The notes beneath the pieces were generated by a model, which was not told the DNA's origin, ran no database searches, and worked only from the letters and a program-made list of their open reading frames with translations. A stretch of 47,292 bases of DNA, taken from positions 1,245,184 through 1,292,475 of the forward strand of contig NW_005201392.1 of NCBI RefSeq assembly GCF_000372725.1, in the 5' to 3' direction. Origin of the DNA: Emiliania huxleyi CCMP1516 (lineage: Eukaryota). A program made the translations under genes and the position numbers. Positions 34,869 to 46,765 of this stretch are shown here, in pieces (the stretch's first letter is position 1; each line of letters begins with the position of its first letter).

Positions 34869-35585
34869 TCATAGCGAGCCTGGCTGACGCTCTCGACGCA
34901 GAGGATCCGCTGTTCCGCCTGAACACTGGGGGGTCAGGGGGCGGATGCGCGCAGCATCGAGGTCGTGCAACGAGTCGAGCCATCGGATGTAGCACAGCTG
35001 CTCTGGCCCAAGGTAGCGCGCGATAAAGCAGAGAATGAGCTGGCCGTACCACAGCTTGCCCTGGCCATCGACATCCACAGCAACAAAGACAGGGGCCTCG
35101 CCGGTCGGCCGCACCTCTTGCCGCGTCTCATCCTGGCAGAGGGCGGCGTGTAGCTTCGAGCCGCCTCGCTCTGCTGCGCGGAAGTTGGCAGGCCATCGCT
35201 GCACTGCCACGCCCGGTCGAACCTCAAGTAGCGAAGAAGTGAGGCTGGGCATTCCACCGGGGAACGAGGCGTCGTCGCTGCCGCCGCCCGTGGCTTGATG
35301 CAAATACAAGGCCACGGAGAAGGGAAGCTGAAGGAGGGAAGGGTGGATGTTTTGCGCAGCCCCAAGGTCGATTCGGCACACCGTCTCTCGAACCCCCATC
35401 AGCCGGCTGGGTGGGCCAAGCTGCGGCGACGCGAGAGGCGGCGGAGGCGCAGGCGAGGCGTCGGCCCTCTCCGCAAGTTGCAGCAGCAGCTTCGCCTCTC
35501 CCTGCGCGTGCAGTCCACGGGCGTCGTCGCGGAGCTTCATCTCGACACGGCACTGGTTGCTACGAGCGGCGGCGGAGCTGATCAC
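34869..35585 (-). pseudogene. Fragment resembling the C-terminal domain of Plavaka/CMC-type transposases
   Basis: VFVAVDVDGQGKLWYGQLILCFIARYLGPEQLCYIRWL resembles, from recall, the Plavaka C-terminal beta domain. No catalytic core seen. Confidence 0.55.
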
Positions 35586-36599
35586 GAGCGACGAATTCGC
35601 AGGGGATGCCAGGCAACAGATGTGCGCGGGCGCGCAGATAATTGGCGTGGCGTCCTAAACAACGCACTATGCACGCTGGTAACTGATTTTGGCCCATGCG
35701 CATGCTCTTCCTCGTGCTCGTCGCGCGCTCGGGAGCCGGAGTGGCGGGGTCGGAGCTGCTGCAACGGCGCGAGTGGCCGCGAGGGGTCGTGCTGGGGCTC
35801 GCCAGAGAACGAGGCCACGGCGCGGCGCTCGCGGCGGCGCACGGGGCAGCTTTGAGCAGTGCAGCGCCTCAACATCAGCTTCAAGCAGTGCAGCGCAACG
35901 CCAGTGGCCTCTCTGGAGCTGTGCGGCGGCTGGCGGGCCTGTGCGACGACGCCGATCCGTGGGCTCGGGACGCGCAGTCGGTCGGCTCGCGTGCCGGTTG
36001 CCGAGTCAGCCTGGCTGGCGAGAAGCGCCAAGGCCTTCCCTGCATTCTGGGCGCTGCCCAGAAGTGCGCAGTGCCTTTGCTGCGCCGACGGGCGGCCTCG
36101 ATGCGGATTGCCGCGAGTGGCGTGGGAGCCTCCAGTGGCACGGTCGTTGGTCAACACCGCGGCGCGCGCGCGCCGCGGGTGCTGCACAACAAGCGGAGGG
36201 CATGGGCGGGCGCTCTGTCGCTTTCCGGAGCCCAACTTTGACTATCGATTGCCGCCGGTTATTATAACCGGTGGGAGATCGTTCCGGCAGACGGGGGGAT
36301 TCAACGCGGCGATAACTGCCCGAGACGTCCCTAACCTTTATTTATTTCTGCCCTGCTTCAGGAACCGGAGGCCGTCTTCCTCAACCAACCAAACCTCATT
36401 ACCGACTGCCGGTCGTTGGGGACACGTGACTCCTGCAAAGGGCAGTGTCTCCACCCGGGAGTCGGACATTCCAAACCCCCCCCTGCCCCCTCTCTCTCCC
36501 CCCCCCATCCTAGCCCTCCTTCTCTCTCCTCCTCTTTCTTTCTCTCCTTCTCCCTCATTCCCCCCCCCTCCCCCCTCTCCATCTTTGCCGCCCCCGTGC

Positions 36600-37254
36600 C
36601 AACCCCCAGGGCCACGCCCCCCCGAGCCTGGAGAGGAGCCGGCGGAGGGGGGGGGCGAGCCGAGGACGATAGTGAAGCCGCGGGTGCGGGCGCGAGACAA
36701 CCAGGGAGAGCGGGCTCGACCCCCCGGGGGTGGAACTGGTCGCGACCCAATGCCACCGTTCTCGCCCGGGGTGACCCCGGCCGGGCCGCCGACACTCTCA
36801 GAACCGGTGGAGCTGGGAGAGGCTAGCGAAGACGAAAGGCGGCAGCGGAGGAAGCGACATCAACAACGAGGGAAACGACCACACCGGCCGTCGTATGACG
36901 CTCGGCAAGCGAGCAAGAGAGCGAATCGGGGAGAACCGGAGCCCCGGGAGGACCGAAGGTGGAGCCCCGGGACCGAGGACTAAGCAAGTGTCTGTTTGGG
37001 CGTGGTGTCCAGTGTAATGTCCACTAGCTCCGAGTAGAGGGGGCGTCCTGCAGTTAAGGGGAAACCCGGTACGCGGGTCCAACCCTCGGAGAACTGTGTT
37101 TACTTTAAGGCCCTTGCCCTGCGAACGCGCACCCCCGGGGCTAGGGCTCTCTAGCCCGTAACCCGATGCCAATCATCCGGCCCGCTGGGTGCGCTTCTGA
37201 GCTCCCCGGCCCTGGATGTGCGGTTGATGACTGCACTCCAAGTGCTCCAAGTGC
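36600..37254 (+). mobile_element. Non-LTR family C 3' end (Arg-rich ORF end, structured 3' UTR, ctccaagtg tail)
   Basis: The ORF stops at 36983. The UTR is shared with 28269-28504, 40677-40716 and 40810-40906. The 5' boundary is approximate. Confidence 0.7.
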
Positions 37255-37447
37255 ACGAGCATGCTCAACTGCTGCGCGACGCTCTCTGCGACCCCGACTT
37301 TCTTTATGCGCTTTGCCATTCGAGAGTTTTTGCCATTCGCCGCCGCATTTCCTAAAGCGACACTAGCACTAGATGCGTCCTGGCATCGGGAGGGTCCGCC
37401 TAAGTGCTAAGAGGAAGTATGCATGTACTTTGTGCGTGGAGTGTCTT

Positions 37448-37654
37448 CCCCTTTTGCGCAGCAATACCTTAAACTTTTAGGCCCTCCAAATTCGGGTCGG
37501 AGCGTAGCGGAGTGGGCCCCGAGTTTGAAAAGCAAAAGGGCGACGGACGCTTGCGTCCTAGCCTCCAACATCGCCTCCCCGGCGCAGAGGGGCCCCCGGA
37601 GGGATGCACAACCGCTCCACGCCACGCCGCTCGCGGCGGTCCTATTCCCAGCTC
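37448..37654 (+). repeat. Dispersed repeat family A, copy 3
   Basis: Matches 22150-22349. Confidence 0.85.
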
Positions 37655-38366
37655 CGCTGAGGGCCCCGACGTTGTAATACTTTTTGCGGATACCCCCACC
37701 GTAAGCCGGGGCGCGGGTGTTCGTCGAGCGCTGCCCCGCGACCGACTCTTCATATCAAGCTGCTCTCCGGCGACACGCGCGAGGTGCTCGACGAGCCCTG
37801 CCATGTCCCATGAGCGGTGCGCTGCGCTATTCGGCGAACCGCACCATCGCACCTGAACATGTCCACCGCTCACCTACCGACTTCGCCACAGACGGCCCCG
37901 CGCCTCGCCGCTATGTGACGGCGGCACGGCCGCAGCTCGTGTGCATGCCGCCGTCATAGCAGATTCCGACCAGCGCTCTATGCTCGTCGGCGGCGGCTTC
38001 CTCCAACCTGCGCCGCGCTCGGCGAACCTCGACAGCGCCTCCGGTGGCATGCAGCTCTTTGCGACAGAAGCCTGGAGAGCAGCTCCTCTGCTGCTCACAC
38101 GCTCTGCACAGTTGACACAGCCTACTGTGCGGCTGCCACAGCTGTGACAGCGATGGGCTCGCCCTCACTGGCCCTCAGTCACTTGTGCTGCGGCTTGTGT
38201 GAGCGACACTGCTCGGCGACTGCCGGCACACTGTGAGACCATGGGTCTCCCTCCCTCCCTCCCTCCNNNNNNNNNNNNNNNNNNNNNNNNNNNNNNNNNN
38301 NNNNNNNNNNNNNNNNNNNNNNNNNNNNNNNNNNNNNNNNNNNNNNNNNNNNNNNNNNNNNNNNNN

Positions 38367-39403
38367 CGCGGCGATCGCAGTGCAGCTCGCCGCGCTGCAG
38401 CGCTCTGCTGGCGGCGGAGGTGGCGGAGGTGGCGGCGGAGGAGCCACTGGAGCGCGGTCAGGGGCGGGGGCGGGAGCGGCGGGGGCGGGGGCGGGAGCGG
38501 CGGGGGCGGGGGCGGGAGCGGCGGAGGCGGGGGCGGCGGGGGCGGAGGCGGCGGAGGAGGCGGCTTCCGTTGCGGTGGTTGGAGGCACAGTCGCCGACTT
38601 GGTCGCATCGCCTGCGCCGGGGACGCGCCTGCAGCCGGGCACCTCCGTGGGCGGGAGACTCGACGTGTCACCGGGCGGCGTCGGCCGAAACGTGCGAGGG
38701 CGTGCGCGGCTCCGGCGCGGCATGCCGGACGGCCGTCTCTTCACGCCGTGCGGGCGTGTGGGCAGGTGGCGGAGGGGCTGGCGCGGCTCGGCGCGGCTCC
38801 TCTCTTCCTCTCTGCGCTCGGAGATGACGCCTTCGCCCTCCGCCTCGCGCTGGCGGCCGCCGCGCCCCCGGGGGCGAGGCCTCTCGAGCGCGTTGCCTTC
38901 GCCTCGCCCAACGAGGCCGAGGTGCTCGCCATGGCCGACGCCTTGCGGGCGGCGGGCGGCGGGCCGGGTGGCGGCACCAGGCGTGGCGGGGGCGAGGGCG
39001 GGGGCGAGGGCGAGGGCGGGGGCGAGGGCGAGGTGCGAGGGTGAGGGCGGCGCTGCTGCGCGCCGGGGTGCGTCATGTCCTGGTCACGCGAGGGGCGAAG
39101 GGGCTGCTGTGGGCGCGCGCCGCCCGCCGCAGCTCTGGGCTGGACGCCGAGGTCTGCTTCGAGGAGCTCCCCGCGCTCGCCGCCACTGTCAAGAGCACGC
39201 GCGGCGCGGGAGACAGCTTCGTCGCCGGCGCCGCTTGGGGGCTGCTGCGAGCGCCGACGCTCGACCTCGCCAACACGGACACCGTGCGCGCCGCGTTGCG
39301 CGCCGGGCTGCGAGCCGCGCAGCTCACCGTTCAGAGCGACGCGGCCATCTCTGTTGAGGTCAGCGCCGACCGGCTCGAACCAGCGCTGGCCGGTGCGGCG
39401 TGA
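38367..39403 (+). CDS. PfkB-family (pseudouridine) kinase, likely the C-terminal part of a PsuG glycosidase-kinase fusion; 5' part lies in the gap
   Basis: AAIAVQLAAL (PsuG-like end), VAVVGG, PGGVGRNV/AEGLARLG, SALGDD, SPNEAE, VLVTRGAKG and STRGAGDSFVAG. The central part looks shortened. Confidence 0.8.
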
Positions 39404-39537
39404 GCGGTCTACCCGGTGGGGAGAGAGGTTTGGTAGCGGGTAGCGCCGTAAAAGCCGTATACGAAGATGCACACGGCGGGCTGCGGTGCACACCGGTTTA
39501 AGGTAGATCAACATCTAAAAACTGCAGTACAACTGTA

Positions 39538-40144
39538 TTACTTTGTGCTAAGCAGAGTGTTGATTATTATGCGGTTGTTCCTGTCTCCCGCTCGGCACCG
39601 GTGGCTGAGGCGTGAGGGGAAGATCATGTAGGACATGGGGGTCATCTGAACGGATGTGTAGGATTTAGCCTCGCTCTCGCTCATGGTGTTCGCGCTGATG
39701 TCCATGTAGTACGGCTCGTCAGTTTCGGCGCACACGAGCAGTGAGAAATGCCCACCGTCCGCCGAATCGTTGTGCTCGGTGCAGATTCCCTTCGTGTGCA
39801 GGACCCACGGCTGGGCGTGCGGCGGCAGGTCCTCGGCGATCTGCTTGCCAGCAGCGAGCTCTACGACGAGCTTCTTCAGGGCATCATAGCCTCGCCGGCT
39901 GCCCACGATGGCAAAACTGTTCTGACCGAAGAGCGCCTCGCCACCGTGCTCTTCCTTGCTCGTGTTGACGATGGTGGTCACGAGAAGCCGCTGCGCCGAG
40001 GTGAGAGTTCCAGCCGACCATCGGATATTCGCGAGCCGGCGTAGAGAAGCGGCCAGTCGGGAGAAGGCCCTCGCGGCGCCTTCTCGCCTTCTCGGCGGAG
40101 CTGAGCGCTCGCTTTGGGCGGCCGCGCTTTCTCTTGCTCGCCAT
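39538..40144 (-). CDS. AT-hook + 2OG-Fe(II) oxygenase-like ORF, apparently frameshifted
   Basis: MASKRKRGRPK starts at 40144. In the next frame: HND...IFPSRLSHRC...NRIIIN (HxD..H..R triad). Confidence 0.6.
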
Positions 40145-40809
40145 GGTGAAAGCAGGAGAGAGCTTGGAAATAAAAAAGCAAGGCCGTTCCGCGCTTCAGC
40201 GATTAAACCGGGGCGAAACTCAACTTTCTAGCGATTTGCCTCGCGCGAACCACGGGGTCGGCTCCCCTTGCAGCCTTTCGAGGGGCGCAAAACTTGTGCC
40301 CGTGCCGTGACATAACCCTAGTAGGTGCATAGTGTCGCTGTTTTCGAAAGGCGCTGACGGCCCGGCGCGTACCGCGCGACGCCCCGGGCTACCCACCAGT
40401 GGAAGGCCTATACCAACCCTTCAAAATGAGCTACCAACTTTGGTACACTCTCACTTTGATATTTTCCAGGTACACACTCAAAGTCCGGAAATCTCACAGA
40501 CGCGCGCGTTTTGGCCGGCTACCCAAGCGGGTCGCACGGAGACACGGGAAGGCTGCCGCAAGCCGCCTCCGGGTGCGGGGGCCCGGCGCGGCGGGCGGGG
40601 GCAACGGCCCGGTCGGTAGCTGGCCGCGCCTCTCCGCCCCGCCCGTCGCCGCTGCACCCCTTGCCGCGGCCCGCGTCGGTGTGAGGCTGATGACTGCTAG
40701 CACTCCAAGTGCTCCAGCCTGTCAGCCACGGCCTTGTCTTTGAGGTTCTCTTCGCACCGCTGCTCAGAATTCGGCAATTTGCTGAAAGAATTTTACAAGC
40801 AAATGTCTG

Positions 40810-40906
40810 GCCCGTAACCCGATCCCGAGCGTCCGGCCAACTGGGTGCGCTTCTTAGCTCCCCGGTCCTGGACGTGAGGCTAATGACTGCACTCCAAGTG
40901 CTCCAA
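40810..40906 (+). mobile_element. Short family C 3'-end insertion (a second, shorter one lies at 40677-40716)
   Basis: cccgtaacccgat...gactgcactccaagtgctccaa matches 37155-37250. Confidence 0.8.
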
Positions 40907-41921
40907 AACTCCCTCGCACAACACTGGTTGGGCTCAACGAGGTTTGCCTCTCGCACCGCCGCCCGAGCCGCAGCTCGTGATCGATCTCCGCAGCCCGCGC
41001 CGCCGCCGCCGCCTCCCTGCGCACCTTTGCGACCTCGCGCTCGCGCGCGGCCTCCCGCTCGGCGCGGAGCTCGTCCGCCGCGTTCTCGGCCCGCTCGCGC
41101 TCGGCCGCGACTGCCTCCTGCACGGCCGCCGCAGCGGCCGCCGCCGCGCGGCGGTCGCGATGGCCGAGCTCCGTGACGGCGCGCGAGAGGAGGCCGCGTT
41201 GGTACTCGATCTCGCGCAGCTGCCGCGCCGCGAGCCGCCGCAGCCTGACGACCTCCGACGGCGGCGGCGGGCGCTTCCCGCGCACCGCCGCGGCGATGAG
41301 CCCGAGCGCGTCCATATCGAGGAGACGCACGGCGCTCGAGGCGCCGAGCCGCTCGTGAGTCCCCATCGCGAACGCGAGGAGCTTGAGGTCGGCGGGGATC
41401 TCGGCTGCTGCGGCGGCGGCGCCGCCGCCGCCGCCGCCGCCCGCGTCGGCCGCGGTCGAGGTGATCTTGGGGAAGGCGAAGCGCGTCGCCGACTCGATCT
41501 CGAGCGCGCGCATCGCCCGCTCGGCCTCGGCGAGGGTGTTGCCGCTGCGCTTGGACGCTGAGCGGAGGCGCGAGCGGACATCCTCGCGGCGCTTGTTGTA
41601 GCGAGCGACGCTGCGCTCGCAGCGCAGCCAGAGCGCACTCACCGCGGAGCTGGCGGACGTGGGCAAGGACATCGGCCCGCTAGCGCTCGCCGCCTCGCAG
41701 GCGGCCACCCAGCGGGCAAAGATCAGGGTCTTATTGTCGAGCCCGCCCGTCGCCTTCGCCATCTTAGCCGCCAAGTTGAGGAGGTAGGCGACGTGCGAGA
41801 GGGTGAGGCCGCCCTCAGGGCAAGCCACGGCCAGCGCCACGGCGCTCGGCTCATCCTTGGTCGCCAGGGAGGCCAGGGCAGCAGCCACAGCCTCAGAGGA
41901 AAAGTACGCCGCCGCGCACAC
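40907..41921 (-). CDS. Hypothetical coiled-coil protein with a LAFAMGTHxRLG motif, truncated by the family C insertion
   Basis: Long ORF with helical composition and the motif LKLLAFAMGTHERLGASSAVRLLDMDALGLIA. The start codon is uncertain. Confidence 0.45.
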
Positions 41922-42417
41922 TTTCTCGCGCGGGTCATTATCGGTGTTGTCGGGGTCGTGCGAAGCTACGGCCTGCGAACGGCCGGTGGGCAGACGTCAT
42001 GGCCGGCATGTACGACCCTTAAGAACCCGCGTACGACCAGAAGGTCGGCTGTGAGGCGAGGGTGAAGGCACAGCCCAGAGCTTGTGGATTTCAGTTGCTG
42101 ACAGTTGAGGCCGATCCTTCGCGAACTGACGGCAGGTAAGCCGGCAGGTGGGGGGCGGGGGTGTGCCGGGTGGATCCCCAAGCGGGCGAGCCGGGCCCGT
42201 GCATAGTTCGCGCTCGGGGGGCGCGCGAGCATGGGAAAGACGCACCTCCATCGTCCTTGCTTACCGGCGCTTTTCGGCCGTTGGCACCATCGTTGATGAC
42301 AAGATTGCGCGGGACTGAAATCCCAAATCCTCTCAGCTCGAAGGGGGAATTTATTTGTTTGGGGGGTGTTCGACCGGGCTACCACTGCACACTCTCACTC
42401 ACCTCTCAGCGCACACC

Positions 42418-42785
42418 TAGAGCTGTTTAACACTAACTTTGGGCCTAACAGTTGCGCTATTGTTGGCTGAAATCCTTAACGTTGTTCAAGTGTTCACCCC
42501 AGCCCATGCTGTTACTGTTTGTTACTGTTGTTACTGTTGTTCAGCGGCCAGCAAGCAGAACGGCAAAAAACCCGGGTAAAACCCAAAAATACCTGGGATT
42601 TCCCGGGTATTTTCGGGTATTACCCGCACTGGACGCTGGAGATCGTCGTGGGTCACTGCCAGGCCTTCCTTATTGTTGTTCAGCCGGCCTAACGTTAGCT
42701 ACTGTTGTTGGGGAGCCCCACTGTTGTTCTGTTGTTACTGTTAACACTAGCAACACTGTTCAGCTCCCAACGTTAAACAGCTCTA
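42418..42785. mobile_element. hAT-like MITE
   Basis: 14-bp TIR tagagctgtttaac / gttaaacagctcta. 8-bp TSD cgcacacc (42410-42417 / 42786-42793). Internal ctgtt arrays. Confidence 0.92.
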
Positions 42786-42801
42786 CGCACACCTCCGGGA
42801 C

Positions 42802-43390
42802 TCACTCCGCAGCCATGCGCGAGGAGGAGGGACCTTCTGCCGCGCCTCCCTCCGGCTCTGCCGGCCGCGCGCGGCAGTTTGGGTTGCCATGCTGGCCGGG
42901 CACGCGGCCTGCCGCCGCGGCCGCGGCGTGCCGCTGCTCCTTGCGCCGCTCGGCCTTGGCTTTTTTCCGGAGGGCTGCCTCGTCTGCGCCTTCCTCGCCT
43001 GCGCCCTCCTCCCCGTCCTCGCCCTCCTCCTCCTGCTGCTGCTCCTCCGCCCACGGCGGCGGCGCGGAGTGCGCGGGCGCCGCGGGTGGCGCCGCGTGCC
43101 ACGGCCAGTCCGGCGGGTACGCGTCCTTGTCCTCGAGCATGACGGTGAAGACCTCGCCGGGCTGCTTGCCCGGCGGAATGATGACCTCGATCCGGTCCCC
43201 GCTGGGCGGGCGGACGAAGATCGTGTGCGCCGAGGAGGCGGTGGTCTCTGGCATCGCAAAGGTGTGAAATGACCACGCTGGGTTCTTGATGACGAGTTGC
43301 ATGTGCTCCATCTGCAGCGAGAGCCGGCAGAGCGACCGTTCGAGGCGCTCGAGGTCGGCGACGTGGCCGGCGTTGCGGAGATCGCGAATG
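42802..43390 (-). CDS. Hypothetical protein with an IEVIIPPGKQPGEVFTV motif and an acidic/basic tail
   Basis: Open frame. The VxxPxGxxPGxxFxV motif is common in algal proteins. The 5' end is uncertain. Confidence 0.4.
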
Positions 43391-44427
43391 GAGCGGCCGC
43401 ACACTGCTCGGTACCCCCCCTGCACATCTAAAGTCATGGCCGACCCCGACCCCCCCAGCAGCAGAGGGACCCCCCCCCCCAGCAGGAGCGCGCTGCTGCT
43501 GGGGGGGTCGGGACCCCCCCCCCCAGCAGCAGCGCTCTGCTGCTAGGGGGTGCTGGCATCTCTGTACCAACAGCTGTAAGTAAGTACGGTAGCGTTCCAG
43601 TCGTCGGCGAGGTGCTGGAAATCGATATTAAATGGCTTGAGGGCGAGCCGCATGGCTTCCACCACGTCGCTGCCCGCCATTGCGGCGACGCGTCGCGGCG
43701 GACCTGACAGTTTTGCCGCGCGACGGGCCGCGCGCGCGTTTCGAAAAAAGAAAGTCCTTAGGCTCAGTCGATCGATTTCGACGAGCGAGCGATCCGAGGA
43801 TCGAGCGGGGGACCGATAGGCTAGAGAGATCAACGCTGATCGGTCATCGTCAGCCGAGACGCCCGAGTGAGTGGCTCACTACACGGCTTTTAGTGTGGTA
43901 GTACAAGATAGACTCACATGGTCACAAGTCTGTAGTAAAACGCCAGCACTCGACACGACGAAGGTGTATTGGGCTCGAAGGCGCGGTGAACACAGCCGCC
44001 TCGAGCGTACCGCTAAAACACGAGCCGAGGTGGGAGGGGGCGGCGGCGGCGAAGAGGCGGGAGCCGGGAGAGCTGGGTCCAATGCCCTCTACTGCTGGGG
44101 GGGTCGGGACCCCCCCCCCCCGCACCAGGATTGTTCTGAGTGTGCGGGCGGCCCACCTATCAATGGGGGGCCCCTCCTGGGGCTGGGGGTTTGTGCCTGG
44201 CTCCCACAAGGGATTTTTCCGGGTCAAAATTTTCGTTTAAAATCTAACGCTGTCTTTCGCGNNNNNNNNNNNNNNNNNNNNNNNNNNNNNNNNNNNNNNN
44301 NNNNNNNNNNNNNNNNNNNNNNNNNNNNNNNNNNNNNNNNNNNNNNNNNNNNNNNNNNNNNTGGGAGGCCCGTAACCAAGGGGGGAAAACGCCCGGGTTT
44401 TCTTATAGCGTCAAAACCCCGACGGAG

Positions 44428-44871
44428 TGGTCCACCAGCATGGCAGCCTCGGGCGCCCTGCAGGCTCTACAGCTTCGGATTCGGAAATCTGGGGCAAAAG
44501 ATCGACTTCCAGCACAGGGGGTTAAAAAGCGCGGCACGCACAGGAGCGGCCGCACATTGCGCGGAACCCCCCCTGCACATCTCAAGCATTCCCCGCTGCT
44601 GGGGTGGGAGCCCCCCCCCCCCCAGCAGCAGCGCTCTGTCGGGACCCCCCCCCCCAGCAGCAGAGCGCTGCTGCTGGGGGGGTCAGACCCCCCCCCCTAG
44701 CAGCAGGGATGACTTTAGATGTGCAGGGGGGGTACCGAGCAATGTGCGGCCGCTCATGTGCATGTCGCGCTTTTTGATCTCCCTGTGCTGGAAGTCGATC
44801 TTTTGCTCCAGATTCCGAATCTGAAGCTGCAGAGCCTGCAGGTCGCTCGAGGCTGCCATGCTGGTGGACCA
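44428..44871. repeat. ~445-bp imperfect palindrome
   Basis: tggtccaccagcatggcagcctcg... pairs with ...cgaggctgccatgctggtggacca. The core also occurs at 43393-43548. Confidence 0.85.
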
Positions 44872-45200
44872 ACACTGCCGGAGTTGGACGCAAGAAGAAA
44901 ACGCGGCGTTTCCTCCCTTGGGTTATCGGCTCCTATAACGGGGTCTTTTCATCGCAGCGCAAATCTATCGCGGCGCACTCGCCATCTGTGAGCCTAGCGC
45001 AGCGCGAACTCGCCGTCTGAGCCTAGCGCAGCGCGAACTCGCTCTGAGCCTAGCGCAGCGCCTCGGAAAACACCATTTTGGCTCGCCAACTGCCCTCCGC
45101 GCCCCCACACCGTTAGGATAATACTTTTCATTTTTCTCTTTGCGACATCTCGCGTTCACGAGATCGGTGCTTGCCCGGTCTTTTTCATGAAGCCCCCGAA

Positions 45201-45910
45201 GTAAACGCGGAGCAATTTGCCCACACAGTGGAGCCCGAAGTGAGGATGGCGAAGGACCCGGCGGCTAAAAATCTCTCTCTCTCAAATCACCCACTTTTCG
45301 AGATGGTCGGAGATTGAGTGTGTTGCACCCCTTTGCACCCCTTCGTGTCCACACCCGGCCGTCGCTTTTTGAGCGACGCTGTGGCACGCCTGCGCAGGGG
45401 CCGCAGGGCGGTCAGTTGTGGGGCGAGGCGGTGCCGGCCGCGGGCCGGGTGCAAGGCGCCGGCCTCGGCGCCGCCTCGGCGCGCCGCACGGGCGCGGCGA
45501 GCCTCTGAGCGGGAGCCGAAGGTTTGCTGCGGTAGGTAGGGGTAGGTAGGGGTAGGTAGGGGCGGTGGGGTGATCTGACTTTGCCGCAGAGGCCGTCCCT
45601 AGCTGTGAACAGCAAAACGGGACAGTATGTAAAACTCTTATACAATGTAACGGAATTGAGCTGGGCCCTTGCCGACGGTTGGTAAACGCGGAGCAGTTTG
45701 CCCACACAGTGGAGCCCGAAGTGAGGATGGCGAAGGACCCGGCGGCTAAAAATCTCTCTCTCTCAAATCACCCACTTGGGGAGTTGACATCGGGAGTTCC
45801 CCAAGCAAAAAGAACCCCCAGCCGATGGAAGCATCCTTTCTGAGAAGAATGTCAACGAGAAGAATGTCCCCTTCTCGAGATGGTCGGAGATTGAGTGTGT
45901 TGCACCCCTT
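45201..45910. repeat. Direct repeat pair
   Basis: 45201-45296 matches 45682-45777, and 45298-45332 matches 45875-45910. The second copy carries a ~97-bp insertion. Confidence 0.85.
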
Positions 45911-46567
45911 CGTGACCACGAAAGGTCCCATTTCGGCTCTTGGACCGCCAACACACCGCGGCGAGGGGTGCACAAGCAGGCAAGCAGCTCGAAACCCAAG
46001 CTAGTTCCCGACAGACACGCACAGACCCTCGACACAAGCCCAGCCCGCCCAGAGTCACACCCCAGAGATCAACGGCGGCATCTGGCAAAATCTACATGCG
46101 GCTTCGCGCCGCCCGAGTCGACGACTTCGCGACCGCTTTTCATCGCCCGGAATGCTCGTTCGCGTCAACTCGCTTCTCATCAGCCCGAGAGAGAACTTGG
46201 CGCGCGAGCGGTGAGTGCGTCGCCCCACAAATGTTCCGGTGCCCAGCTTCCACGTCCGTGATGCAGGCCACTGCGCGCTCGACGAGGGCATCTGGGAGGG
46301 CATCCCCTTGCCTGCTCGGGCAACCCCGCGCTGCTCAAGAGCGCCGTCGTTGGGGCTGAGAACCTGGGGCGTGCCGTCGACGACCTGGCTCGAGCAGGCG
46401 CGCGGCACGCACACGATAGCAGTGCCAGCGCCTCGCCTTCCCACAGCCCCTGCCCCCCCCCCCTCGTCGGCCGCGCACCTTCTTCTGCATCCTTGGCACA
46501 TCCAACTCGAAGGGGCTCCGTGATACTTGGCAGGCGTTCCTTCGGGCCCACCCAGAGACGCCTTAGC

Positions 46568-46765
46568 GACACTTCAGAGACACTTCAGAGACACTTCAGA
46601 GACACTTCAGAGACGCTTCAGAGACGCTTCAGAGACGCTTCAGAGACACTTCAGAGACACTTCAGTCACTTCAGAGACGCTTTAAAGACCGTTCAGAGAC
46701 ACTCCGAGACGCTTCAGAGACACTTCCGAGACACTTCAGAGACACTTCAGAGACACTTCCGACAC
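46568..46765. repeat. 11-bp microsatellite (cttcagagaca)n, probably intronic
   Basis: About 17 degenerate units. Confidence 0.9.

Noticed and set aside
28269..37252. 9-kb element with 235-bp TIRs
   Set aside because: The left copy is nested wholly within the Copia LTR. Both are 3' ends of independent family C insertions.
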